Positions 9,664 to 18,330 of a stretch of 64,000 bases of DNA are shown here, in pieces. The notes beneath the pieces were generated by a model. It was not told the origin of the DNA. It saw nothing but the letters and a program-made list of their open reading frames with translations, and searched no databases. A program made the translations under genes and the position numbers. The first letter of the stretch is position 1; every line of letters starts with the position of its first letter. The DNA comes from Candidatus Latescibacterota bacterium (GTDB lineage Bacteria > Latescibacterota > UBA2968 > UBA8231): positions 3,072,001 through 3,136,000 of the forward strand of contig OZ241867.1 of NCBI GenBank assembly GCA_965203175.1, in the 5' to 3' direction.

Positions 9664-10554
9664 ATGACTCGTCGCATCACAACGGCTGCTGTGGCCCTTA
9701 CGTTGGGCCTAGCGGTCAACATTTCGGCGCACTCGCCCGAGGGTGCCATTTTTCCGGCCTTCCAGTGGCCAGCCGGCCTCGAGCCAGTACTGGACGGCGT
9801 TGGCAGTGAATACGATATCGTCCCCGATGCGTACTGGCAGACCACCGAGCAGTTTCCCGACACCCAAGGTGGACGGGAAATAGACGCGTCAAATTTCGAC
9901 GCCAAAGCCACGGTGACCTATAGCTTGGGGACCAACCGGCTCTATTTTTACAGCGAAGTATTCGACGATATCAACCGCCCAGGCGATACCTGGCAAATTC
10001 TCCTCGACGCTGATCACAGCGGTGGTGAGTGCTATCCGGGTGATGAGCGCTTGGACGGCTCTCAGTGCTATCAGACCGAAACCTACAACAATATCGGCGA
10101 CACGCTGTTGGGATCGGAAATTGTCCACTTCTTCTGGGGCGCAGCGACTTGGCTGCCCGAGGAGGGCTGGTACAATGCGGTGGCCACCTTTGAGGGCGAC
10201 CACTACGGTCCGGGGACGACCTGGCTAGAGATTCGTTTGGCTCCTACCGACGACATCAATCCCGCCGGTCCTGGAGAGTCGATCCTGCACGAGATGCAAG
10301 AGAACAATATAATCGGCATCCACTACAACTGGATGGATTACGATGTCGGCTGCCGCCAAGCACGCGAAGGCGAAGAGTGCGGCGGTTGGGACGCTTTCTA
10401 CAACCTGAGCCAGAGCGACATTGGTTTTAGGAACGCCGATGGCTGCAGCGACTTCTTCTTGTCGCCCGTTGATGAGAGCGTTGATTTCGGTGCTATGACC
10501 ACTTCGGTTGAAGCCACGACTTGGGGGCGGCTCAAGGCCGGTTTCGTCGATTAA
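9664..10554 (+). CDS. Secreted acidic protein, possible CBM9/DOMON-like fold, with C-terminal TSVEATTWGRLK tail
   Basis: SD AAAGGA; signal peptide; PVLDG..SEY start and IGIHYNWMDYD strand reminiscent of CBM9/DOMON-like domains; several Cys. Confidence 0.65.
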   Translation: MTRRITTAAVALTLGLAVNISAHSPEGAIFPAFQWPAGLEPVLDGVGSEYDIVPDAYWQTTEQFPDTQGGREIDASNFDAKATVTYSLGTNRLYFYSEVFDDINRPGDTWQILLDADHSGGECYPGDERLDGSQCYQTETYNNIGDTLLGSEIVHFFWGAATWLPEEGWYNAVATFEGDHYGPGTTWLEIRLAPTDDINPAGPGESILHEMQENNIIGIHYNWMDYDVGCRQAREGEECGGWDAFYNLSQSDIGFRNADGCSDFFLSPVDESVDFGAMTTSVEATTWGRLKAGFVD

Positions 10555-10582
10555 GCTATCCTCCATATCCGGTGTTGTTTTC

Positions 10583-10624
10583 GCTGCCTGGTGTACCGAG
10601 ACGGTGCGCCAGGCAGCACATTTT
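10583..10624 (+). terminator. Stem-loop, probable terminator/attenuator after 9664-10554
   Basis: GCTGCCTGGTGTACCG-AGA-CGGTGCGCCAGGCAGC (16-bp stem with 2 G-U pairs) followed by ACATTTT. Confidence 0.7.
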
Positions 10625-10636
10625 AACCCAATAAGT

Positions 10637-12499
10637 ATGGAAGCTGCGATGCTCCGCCTAGCGCTGCTGTCTTTGCTGATCCCGAACTTGTCTTGGGGGC
10701 TGACCATTTATCGAGTTGGTGGCTACGAGCTCCCCCAGCCCGAATTGGCGGACAATTCGGATGTGGAGTTTGTCCAGTTGAGTTGGGAGGACTTCGCCAC
10801 GGGAGCCGAGGGCGTGATGGTCGGCTTGGAGGTCGGCAATGAGGGACGGCTCGCCCCTGTATTCATTCCTTCGGATGAGAATATGGCGGTATCTTCCTTT
10901 GCCCGGGGCGGCGGTCCCGGCAGTTGGAAATACAATTTTCTCACCAAAGGCGAAGAAATCGATTTGATTGCCGACGGCGACTCAACCACTTTTCTCGACC
11001 CAGCGGTTCTAGTCGCGCGCTCGGAGTCGTCGCTGGTGTACCTCGACTTGGGCGGCCGCTTCCTAGTGAATCGAGTCGTCGTCTATCCCCGGCCAAACTA
11101 TCCCGACCGCTTGATCGAGGGCTATACCCTGTACTCATTGCCCAAGGGGACAATAAGGCCACAGGGTAAAAATGTAATCGCGCGGGGTATCGACAACCGA
11201 AATCCGCGGCTCGAAATCAACTTTGTCCCCCGCCTACTCGACCAGATACAACTCAATATCCACCAAAAAGAGGGTTGGGAAATCGCCGAGTTGGAAGTCT
11301 ATGGCGAGGGTTATGTATCCAGCGCGCTGTACGCTTCTGGAGCGTTCGACCTCGGCCAGCCGTCCAGTCTGGGTGAGATCCGCTGGGCGGGCTTCCAAGA
11401 TACCGGTGCCAAATTGATCCTCCGCACGCGCAGCGGCCACACGGTAGATCCCAACCGCTACTGGCGTTTTACCGGTCGTGGCGAGGAAAAAACCTTCCGC
11501 AATGCCCGAGGTGTGCCCTTGACCGCGGCGGACTACAACAAGCTGAAGGGCAACAAAGCCGAAATCACCACGGATCTGGACAATTGGAGTTCGTGGTCGG
11601 GGCCCTACGATTGGGCCGACAGTCTTGGCACGCCGATCATCTCGCCGGGTCCCCGACAATTCATCCAGATGCAATTGGACTTCGCGCCTAGTGGGCTGGA
11701 TGGTGCAGCCATCGATTTTATCGAATTCCGCGTCACGCAGCCGCCGGTGGCCGGCCGGGTACTCGGCGAGATCTGGCCGATTGAAGTAAAGCCAGGGGAA
11801 GAGACGGCCTTTGTCTATGCCATGCGGCCGGATTTTGTCGGGGGCGAAAGCGGCTTTGATCGTTTGGTGCTGGAGACTGCCGGCCAGTTCACCAGTGTCG
11901 ATTCCGTGCGCGTCAACGAGGAATTGCAGGATTGGCGACTCGCCGAGCCTTTGGCGGACCAGCGGCTGGTATTGGAAGTGGCGCGCATGGACCGGAGCAA
12001 GACTGGCCGCGTGGTGGAAATTTTCTTCAAGGGCCGGGTGTTCCGCTTTGGCACGGTCTTCGCTGCGCAAGTCTTCGATAGCCAACGCCCGCTAGAAGTG
12101 GGGCAGTTGGTGGAAGACGGAGATGCGACCTTCCGCCTAGACGGCAACCAGCGCTCGGTGGGAATTGAATTGGACCGCGAGATCGTCAGTGAGTTGGTGC
12201 TCAGTTCGCGGGTATTCACGCCCAATGGCGATCAGGTCAACGATCAGGTCCATATCGAGTACATCCTACTCGAATTGGCTGGGACCGGAGCGGTGGAAGT
12301 GGGCATATTCGATCTGGCGGGTCGCCGGGTGCGCCAGCTATACCGGGGTGCAGACACCAGCGGTCAATACGCCCGGACATGGGACGGCAGAGAAGATGGC
12401 GGGAGCGTGGTGGCACCGGGTCTCTATCTTTACCGAGTGCAGGTGGATACAGACGAGGGACAGACAGAACGCAGCGGACTAGTGGCCGTCGTGTATTGA
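10637..12499 (+). CDS. Secreted FlgD-Ig/CHU_C-like C-terminal domain protein (member 2; close paralogue of 3005-4843)
   Basis: Start at ATG 10637 or 10649; shares DPNRYWRFTGRG and KLKGNKA.ITTDLD.W with member 1; FTPNGDQVND; ends AVVY. Confidence 0.8.
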   Translation: MEAAMLRLALLSLLIPNLSWGLTIYRVGGYELPQPELADNSDVEFVQLSWEDFATGAEGVMVGLEVGNEGRLAPVFIPSDENMAVSSFARGGGPGSWKYNFLTKGEEIDLIADGDSTTFLDPAVLVARSESSLVYLDLGGRFLVNRVVVYPRPNYPDRLIEGYTLYSLPKGTIRPQGKNVIARGIDNRNPRLEINFVPRLLDQIQLNIHQKEGWEIAELEVYGEGYVSSALYASGAFDLGQPSSLGEIRWAGFQDTGAKLILRTRSGHTVDPNRYWRFTGRGEEKTFRNARGVPLTAADYNKLKGNKAEITTDLDNWSSWSGPYDWADSLGTPIISPGPRQFIQMQLDFAPSGLDGAAIDFIEFRVTQPPVAGRVLGEIWPIEVKPGEETAFVYAMRPDFVGGESGFDRLVLETAGQFTSVDSVRVNEELQDWRLAEPLADQRLVLEVARMDRSKTGRVVEIFFKGRVFRFGTVFAAQVFDSQRPLEVGQLVEDGDATFRLDGNQRSVGIELDREIVSELVLSSRVFTPNGDQVNDQVHIEYILLELAGTGAVEVGIFDLAGRRVRQLYRGADTSGQYARTWDGREDGGSVVAPGLYLYRVQVDTDEGQTERSGLVAVVY

Positions 12500-12524
12500 G
12501 CGGCATCCCACGGGAGGAAATAAT

Positions 12525-13394
12525 ATGGACAGCATTTATCTGCGATGGGCCGGATGTGGACACTTTGAGGCGCTGTTGGGCGATATCAACGTGTGTTTCG
12601 ACCCCTATCTCTTCGGCGAAGACCTAGAACGGGCCGAACCGATATTCGACTACATTTTTATCAGCCACGAGCACTTTGACCATTGTCATCCCAAGAGTCT
12701 GCGCAAACTCTGCCAGGGCGACCGCTGGAAAAAACTCTTCGTCCCCATTGGCTGTCTGACGCCCAACGAGCCTGTTGACGAAAAGTACGGCGATGCCGCT
12801 TTTGCGCGCGACCTGCCCATCACCAAGCACATCCCCGCAGACAAGGTCCAGGTGGTTTATCCCAAGTACCAGGATGTCGAGCGCTATGGCCGCCGCGAAT
12901 TTCCTGGGCCCTTTGAGTTCGATCTGGGGCCGATTCAGGTTGAAGTGTACGAAAGCGGCGAAAGCGCCCGCCCGGACCTGCCCACTTGCGCCTATCTAGT
13001 TACCCATGCTGCAAGAGACGTAGCCATTTTTCACACCGGGGATTTGCACGGGGCCTATCCGCCGCTGGAGAATCTGCGCGACCGCGTCGATTACCTGGTA
13101 CACATGAAGACGCCGATGGAGCCGCTCATCAATGCGGTGCAGCCCAAATTCGTCATTCCCACCCACTACCGCACCGACCGCCAGGCCGAGCCGATTCCGG
13201 CTGGTCATTGGCCGCCCAATCTGACCGACGTCAATGCTTTCCTAGAAGACCTCCGGGAGCAAATTGACGGCAAGGCCCAATTGCTGCCTTTTACCGCACC
13301 TATTCAATACGAAGTGGAGATGCCGGCCAAGAAGGTCAAGTGGAAGTGGGAATGGTACAATTCATGGGATGTTCCGGCTTGGAGAGAAGAGTAG
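12525..13394 (+). CDS. Metallo-beta-lactamase-fold hydrolase (UlaG-like)
   Basis: FDPY, ISHEHFDH (HxHxDH), FHTGD, IPTHY; SD GGGAGG. Confidence 0.85.
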   Translation: MDSIYLRWAGCGHFEALLGDINVCFDPYLFGEDLERAEPIFDYIFISHEHFDHCHPKSLRKLCQGDRWKKLFVPIGCLTPNEPVDEKYGDAAFARDLPITKHIPADKVQVVYPKYQDVERYGRREFPGPFEFDLGPIQVEVYESGESARPDLPTCAYLVTHAARDVAIFHTGDLHGAYPPLENLRDRVDYLVHMKTPMEPLINAVQPKFVIPTHYRTDRQAEPIPAGHWPPNLTDVNAFLEDLREQIDGKAQLLPFTAPIQYEVEMPAKKVKWKWEWYNSWDVPAWREE

Positions 13395-13460
13395 GGACAA
13401 CGCTTGTGATTGACCAATCCCCTATGGACAGTGCGGGTTCGTCCTCTAAGAAAGAAAAGC

Positions 13461-15581
13461 ATGAGTAGGAAAATGTACGGCCTGCTCGCCCTGGCGTTGC
13501 TGTCGTTGGCAGCCGATGCCCCAGCGCAGACGATCGCCTTGGGGGGAGAGGGGCGTGCGTGGTCGGGCGGTGGGGAAGAAATCGACCCGCAATTCCGCTT
13601 GTCCAATACCGAGTTGGCCATTGGCAATACGCCGGGCGGCGTCATTGACTTCGCATTTGCCGAGGGGTGGATTTTTCCGCAACAGATCGACACGGGGCGA
13701 AATCTGGCCCTGGGCGCGGCCGACAGAGGCGGCGGCATGAGTTCGCCCCTGCCCTCGATCAGCCAAGAGTCGCTGGCGGCCATCATCGACGAGGATGCAG
13801 AAACGGCCTTTCGCCGCAAAGCCAGTGCCGCCGGGGAAGTGGTCATCGCCCGCGGCATTATTATGGACTTGGATTTGGGCGCGCGCTTTGGTGTCAACCG
13901 GATCCGATTTTTTCCGCGCAACACGGTTCGCGCCAATGAGGAGTTCAAGTTCGAAAACGACTTTATGCGAGGCTATTCTCTAGAACTGAACGACGGCAGC
14001 GAAGAGACGTCCGTAGAAGGCCGCCCGCAGTACACTACCTTCGTCCGGGTCGAGGACAATACGGATGCAGTCGTCGATTTGTCTTTGCCCCTGCAATTCG
14101 TGCGCTATGTGCGGCTGGTATCGCTGTCCAATATCGGCTTTGAAGTGGACGAGTTGGAAGTATTCGGCGCAGGCTTCGTGCCCGAAGCCCAGTACCTGTC
14201 GGATATTTTCGACTTAGGCGATCTGGCCAACTGGGGCAATCTGCGCTGGAGCGAGCGGCGCGAGGGCATAGCCGGTTTGTCGGATATTCGCGTCTTCACC
14301 CGTTCCGGCCGCGACACCACGCCCTTTGTCTTCAATCGCTTTAACGCCGATTTGCAGGAAGTGCCCTGGAAGGCGTCGGCCGAAATCAACGGCGTCTTGC
14401 TCGATGACTTGCCCATTGACGGGGCTTTTGACCAGTTCAATTCCCAACCCGAATCCGTCCGCCAGGACCTCACCCTCTCCCAGGCCGATCACGCCAGTCT
14501 CCCCCTCCAACAAAAAGCGCCCATCAGGGACGACCTAATCAACTGGAGCAATTGGTCGCCCCCCTATCCGTTAGAGGGCACGACCCCGGCTGGTACGCCC
14601 ATTGTCTCGCCTGGTCCGCGGCAGTACTTCCAGTTCAGGATCGATTTTGTCAGCCGCGATTTTCTCGCCGCGGCCGGAGTCGGCACCCTGTCCTTTGATG
14701 TGGCCAGACCCGTGCCAGCCGAAAAAATTGTCGGCGAAATCTTCCCCCGCGACGTCGCCGCCGGAGAGGTGGTGGAGTTTACCTATGGGGCGCGGGTGGG
14801 AGTCCGGCCGCAGGATACGGGTTTCAATCGCTTTGAAATATCCTCGCCGAGCATCTTTGAAAAAATCGGCCGCATAGAGGTGCTCAACGCCCGGGACGAG
14901 CTCATCGCGGGGGAGGATTTTGACGTGGCCCTCGCGGAGGCGCAATTGCCGCTGCACAAGGGCGAATTCAGCATTGAAAGCGCCGAGGATGGCCGCTTTG
15001 TCGTGGGCTTTCCATCCGTCGGCGATGGCGATTTGCTCAAGATCACTTTTACGACCTCGGTCCTGCGCTTTGGGCAGGGATTTGCCGGTAGGGCTTGGCT
15101 GGTCGATCCCAGCGTGGCAGACGAAGGGCAATTGCCGCAGTTGGTCGTGCCGGGCAATGCGGCCCAACTGGGAGCCGCAGATGTGGACCCGCGGCCGGTG
15201 GGCAGCGAGGATTTGACCGCGGTGGATAACAATCTGGCGGTGCGCATTGCCATCAAGGGATCGCTGCTGGGCCAGCTCCAAGTGACCCCCGAGATTTTTA
15301 CCCCCAACGGCGACGGAATCAACGATGCAACTGCGGTTCATTTCGAGGTGCTGCGGCTGGGCGTAGGTGCTCCGCTGAGGGTGGAGATTCGCGATTTGAG
15401 CGGTCGTTTTATTGCCGCGGCCTTTGCTGACGACCGGGCTAGCGGTCGCTTTACAGCCACTTGGGATGGGCGGGATGGCAACGGCGCTGTGGTGGCACCT
15501 GGCATCTATTTGGTCCGCGTCTTGCTCGATACCAATGTCGGCTCCGAGGCAAAAACCGGCCTCGTTAGCGTGGTGTACTGA
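13461..15581 (+). CDS. Secreted FlgD-Ig/CHU_C-like C-terminal domain protein (member 3)
   Basis: Signal peptide (start 13461 or 13473); LDLGARFGVNRIRFFP, YLSDIFDLG, WSNWSPPY, SPGPRQY, FTPNGDGIND; ends SVVY. Confidence 0.8.
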   Translation: MSRKMYGLLALALLSLAADAPAQTIALGGEGRAWSGGGEEIDPQFRLSNTELAIGNTPGGVIDFAFAEGWIFPQQIDTGRNLALGAADRGGGMSSPLPSISQESLAAIIDEDAETAFRRKASAAGEVVIARGIIMDLDLGARFGVNRIRFFPRNTVRANEEFKFENDFMRGYSLELNDGSEETSVEGRPQYTTFVRVEDNTDAVVDLSLPLQFVRYVRLVSLSNIGFEVDELEVFGAGFVPEAQYLSDIFDLGDLANWGNLRWSERREGIAGLSDIRVFTRSGRDTTPFVFNRFNADLQEVPWKASAEINGVLLDDLPIDGAFDQFNSQPESVRQDLTLSQADHASLPLQQKAPIRDDLINWSNWSPPYPLEGTTPAGTPIVSPGPRQYFQFRIDFVSRDFLAAAGVGTLSFDVARPVPAEKIVGEIFPRDVAAGEVVEFTYGARVGVRPQDTGFNRFEISSPSIFEKIGRIEVLNARDELIAGEDFDVALAEAQLPLHKGEFSIESAEDGRFVVGFPSVGDGDLLKITFTTSVLRFGQGFAGRAWLVDPSVADEGQLPQLVVPGNAAQLGAADVDPRPVGSEDLTAVDNNLAVRIAIKGSLLGQLQVTPEIFTPNGDGINDATAVHFEVLRLGVGAPLRVEIRDLSGRFIAAAFADDRASGRFTATWDGRDGNGAVVAPGIYLVRVLLDTNVGSEAKTGLVSVVY

Positions 15582-15598
15582 ACGGGAGGGCGTTTTCT

Positions 15599-18328
15599 AT
15601 GTACGGCTTATACGGGTTGGTTTTCCTGCTCCTCAGCAGCTTGATGAGTCCAGATTGGCTCCAGGCGCAGGATTACGGATCTCGCCTCGGAGTACAGCGC
15701 GGTGGTCGGGTGTCGTATGAACCTCGGGGCCCGGGCGTGCTCTTTGACGCTCTCGATCCAACCCTCAAACGCTGGTACGTGCCCCAAGAACTCTACAACG
15801 AGTACCGCTGGCGGCCTTGGCAGTACAACAACTACGCCCGCGAGAATTACCAGCGCTACGTCAATACAGCCATAGAGGGCAATTACTTCTACGACCTATA
15901 CGGCAATTTTGTCACCCAAGGTTGGCTGATATACGACATGCGCCGGCAACAACCGGCCGAGTTCGGCAGCACCGTATTCAAGGACAGCCGCTATGGCTCG
16001 TGGTTCAACAACGTCTTGATCGCCTCCGACAGCAAGGGCCAGAATCACTATGCGGTGACCATTGGCAATAGCATCCGCACGACGCTGACGCCGCTGACTT
16101 TTTCCAAGCCGGCCTTCAACGGCATCCAGGCCGATTTTGCCTCGGACAAGTACCAGGCCACGGTGCTGATGTCGCGCATCAGTGCCCCCAATCAAGTGGG
16201 CGTTGCCGTCGGTGCCGTGCCCACGGGCGTGTCGAATACCACCGACTTTCTCGGCGGCCACTTCACTGCCCAAGTGGGCGATTTCGTTACTTTGGGGACC
16301 ACCTATATCAACGCCCACCAGTCCAATACGCTGTTGGAGAGCTTTTTAGGTGGTCGCGCCCAAGGCGATTTGACCGTCGATCAAAACAGCAGCGCCGTCA
16401 CCCGCATCGAAATCCTGCTCGAAGACGACTCGCCCGCCGACGGTCGGGGAGGGGCGGCGCTGTTTTCGCAAAATATCATCATCACTGCGATCCGGGACTT
16501 CAATACCGGCGAGCGCGCAACCGTCACGGGCAAGGAGATCAACTTCGCGCCTCTCGTCCAGGGCGGTTTCCAGCGGCAGGGGGGCTTTTTGGCTGCGGAC
16601 GGGGACGAGACCATTCGCCTCATCTACGATTTTTCCGACCGCTCCTATCTGGGGCCCGATCCCTCGACCATCGTCGAGGTTACTTTCGAGTTAGTGCTGG
16701 CCAACGACTACAAGGTGTCGATGGCTTCCAACCGCCAACTGAGCCGCGCCGGAGAATTCCACCCCCTGCTAATCGCCCGGGCCGACGGCAATGTGCGCGA
16801 CACTTCGAATCAGCGGCTCGTGCGCTTTGATTACGGTCTGCCCACAGCCAACCAAATTTTCGGTTTCCACCTCGCCACGACGAGCTTCTTGGGCTTTGAC
16901 ACCTATGCCGAGTACGCGGTCAACCACCAGTTCAGGAAGTACCCCAACCCCAATGTAGAAGGCGACCACGAATCGGCTTCGCGGCGCGCCGACGCTTGGA
17001 TGCTAAACGCGGCGAAAAACGCCTATCCGTGGTTTGTCTATGGCGAGGCCTTCAGCATGGGCAAAGACTACGCGACCAGCATTTTTCTCAGCGACCAGCG
17101 GGGCGTAATCGACTATGCGACCCAGAACCGATTCTTCGAATTCGTCGAGGACAACGACGACCAAGACCGCACCCCCGACTGGGGGCGCGTCTACCAAGCC
17201 GGTCCCGATATCGAGGTCTTTCCGGGCTGGGACGAGAACAACGATTTCATCAACGACTTCAACCAAAATGACAACCGCACGCGCGAGAATCAGTTGCCCG
17301 ATTACGAAGAACCTTTCCTGCGCTATCACAGCGACCGGCCCGAGTTCCTCTTTGGCATTGATCTCAACAACAACGGCTGGATCGACCGCTTTGAGAACGA
17401 CACCGAGCCAGACTTCCCTTACAAACGCGACCATCGGGGGTACAATGCCTATGGCGGTGTCCATCTGACGCCGGAGACTCGGCTGACTGCGGGGCGCACC
17501 CGGCAGTGGTTGATTTCGTCTGCGCGGCGCAGCGAGACCAGTTACGCTCTCTTCACCTTTGACAAGGATATCGCCGACTTGGGGCGCATCCGGGTTTTTG
17601 AACATCTGAAACGGGCGCGCGACAATATAGCCGACGACCGCATTGCGCCCCTGCCCTTTTTTCGCGGTCCGCAGCTACCCGTCCAAGATGTGCTGTCGGC
17701 CCGAGACACTTGGATCAACACCGTGTGGCTGGGCTTCAGCTACACGGGCACGGCCAACCTGACGGTGGAAAACAAGTTCAAGTACGAATTTTTCCACCAA
17801 TTGCTCGACGATGAGGTGTTGGCGGAGTTGGGTGCTCGGCGGGACTCGCGCTTTTTCGGGCTGATCAATAAAGCCGAGTATTCTCTCAATGTAGCAGGGG
17901 TGAAATTGATGCCACGGGTCAAAAGCGAGTACCTGATTGACTCACCCTTTCTGCGATCCGAAGACGAGCGCAAGCAGTGGACTCCGAGTTTGTTTTTCAT
18001 CACCCGCCTGCCGCTGATGCCGCGCACCCAGATCGAAGCGGGCTTGGAACAGAGCTACCGCTGGGAGTTGCTAAACGACGAAGGGGCCTTAGTTGAGACT
18101 GGGGCCGAAGGAGTGGGTACCGGGGATCAGCGCGAGACGATTTTGGCGATCCAGGCGACCAATATTAGCGATTATTTGGGCTATAAACTGATCACTCAGC
18201 TCGGTTTCCAATACGAGCGCCGGGCCGCGGAAATCGTCGAAAAGAAAACCACTGATTTTGGTTTGGGAAACAGGACCTCGACCGGTTTCACAACCTTTAT
18301 CACGGTGTACGCCGGTCTGGGTCTCTAG
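15599..18328 (+). CDS. Uncharacterised 909-aa exported protein, putative outer-membrane beta-barrel (paralogue A)
   Basis: SD GGGAGG; signal peptide; many amphipathic beta-strand-like segments; acidic D/N motifs; C-terminus FITVYAGLGL. Confidence 0.6.
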   Translation: MYGLYGLVFLLLSSLMSPDWLQAQDYGSRLGVQRGGRVSYEPRGPGVLFDALDPTLKRWYVPQELYNEYRWRPWQYNNYARENYQRYVNTAIEGNYFYDLYGNFVTQGWLIYDMRRQQPAEFGSTVFKDSRYGSWFNNVLIASDSKGQNHYAVTIGNSIRTTLTPLTFSKPAFNGIQADFASDKYQATVLMSRISAPNQVGVAVGAVPTGVSNTTDFLGGHFTAQVGDFVTLGTTYINAHQSNTLLESFLGGRAQGDLTVDQNSSAVTRIEILLEDDSPADGRGGAALFSQNIIITAIRDFNTGERATVTGKEINFAPLVQGGFQRQGGFLAADGDETIRLIYDFSDRSYLGPDPSTIVEVTFELVLANDYKVSMASNRQLSRAGEFHPLLIARADGNVRDTSNQRLVRFDYGLPTANQIFGFHLATTSFLGFDTYAEYAVNHQFRKYPNPNVEGDHESASRRADAWMLNAAKNAYPWFVYGEAFSMGKDYATSIFLSDQRGVIDYATQNRFFEFVEDNDDQDRTPDWGRVYQAGPDIEVFPGWDENNDFINDFNQNDNRTRENQLPDYEEPFLRYHSDRPEFLFGIDLNNNGWIDRFENDTEPDFPYKRDHRGYNAYGGVHLTPETRLTAGRTRQWLISSARRSETSYALFTFDKDIADLGRIRVFEHLKRARDNIADDRIAPLPFFRGPQLPVQDVLSARDTWINTVWLGFSYTGTANLTVENKFKYEFFHQLLDDEVLAELGARRDSRFFGLINKAEYSLNVAGVKLMPRVKSEYLIDSPFLRSEDERKQWTPSLFFITRLPLMPRTQIEAGLEQSYRWELLNDEGALVETGAEGVGTGDQRETILAIQATNISDYLGYKLITQLGFQYERRAAEIVEKKTTDFGLGNRTSTGFTTFITVYAGLGL

Positions 18329-18330
18329 TC

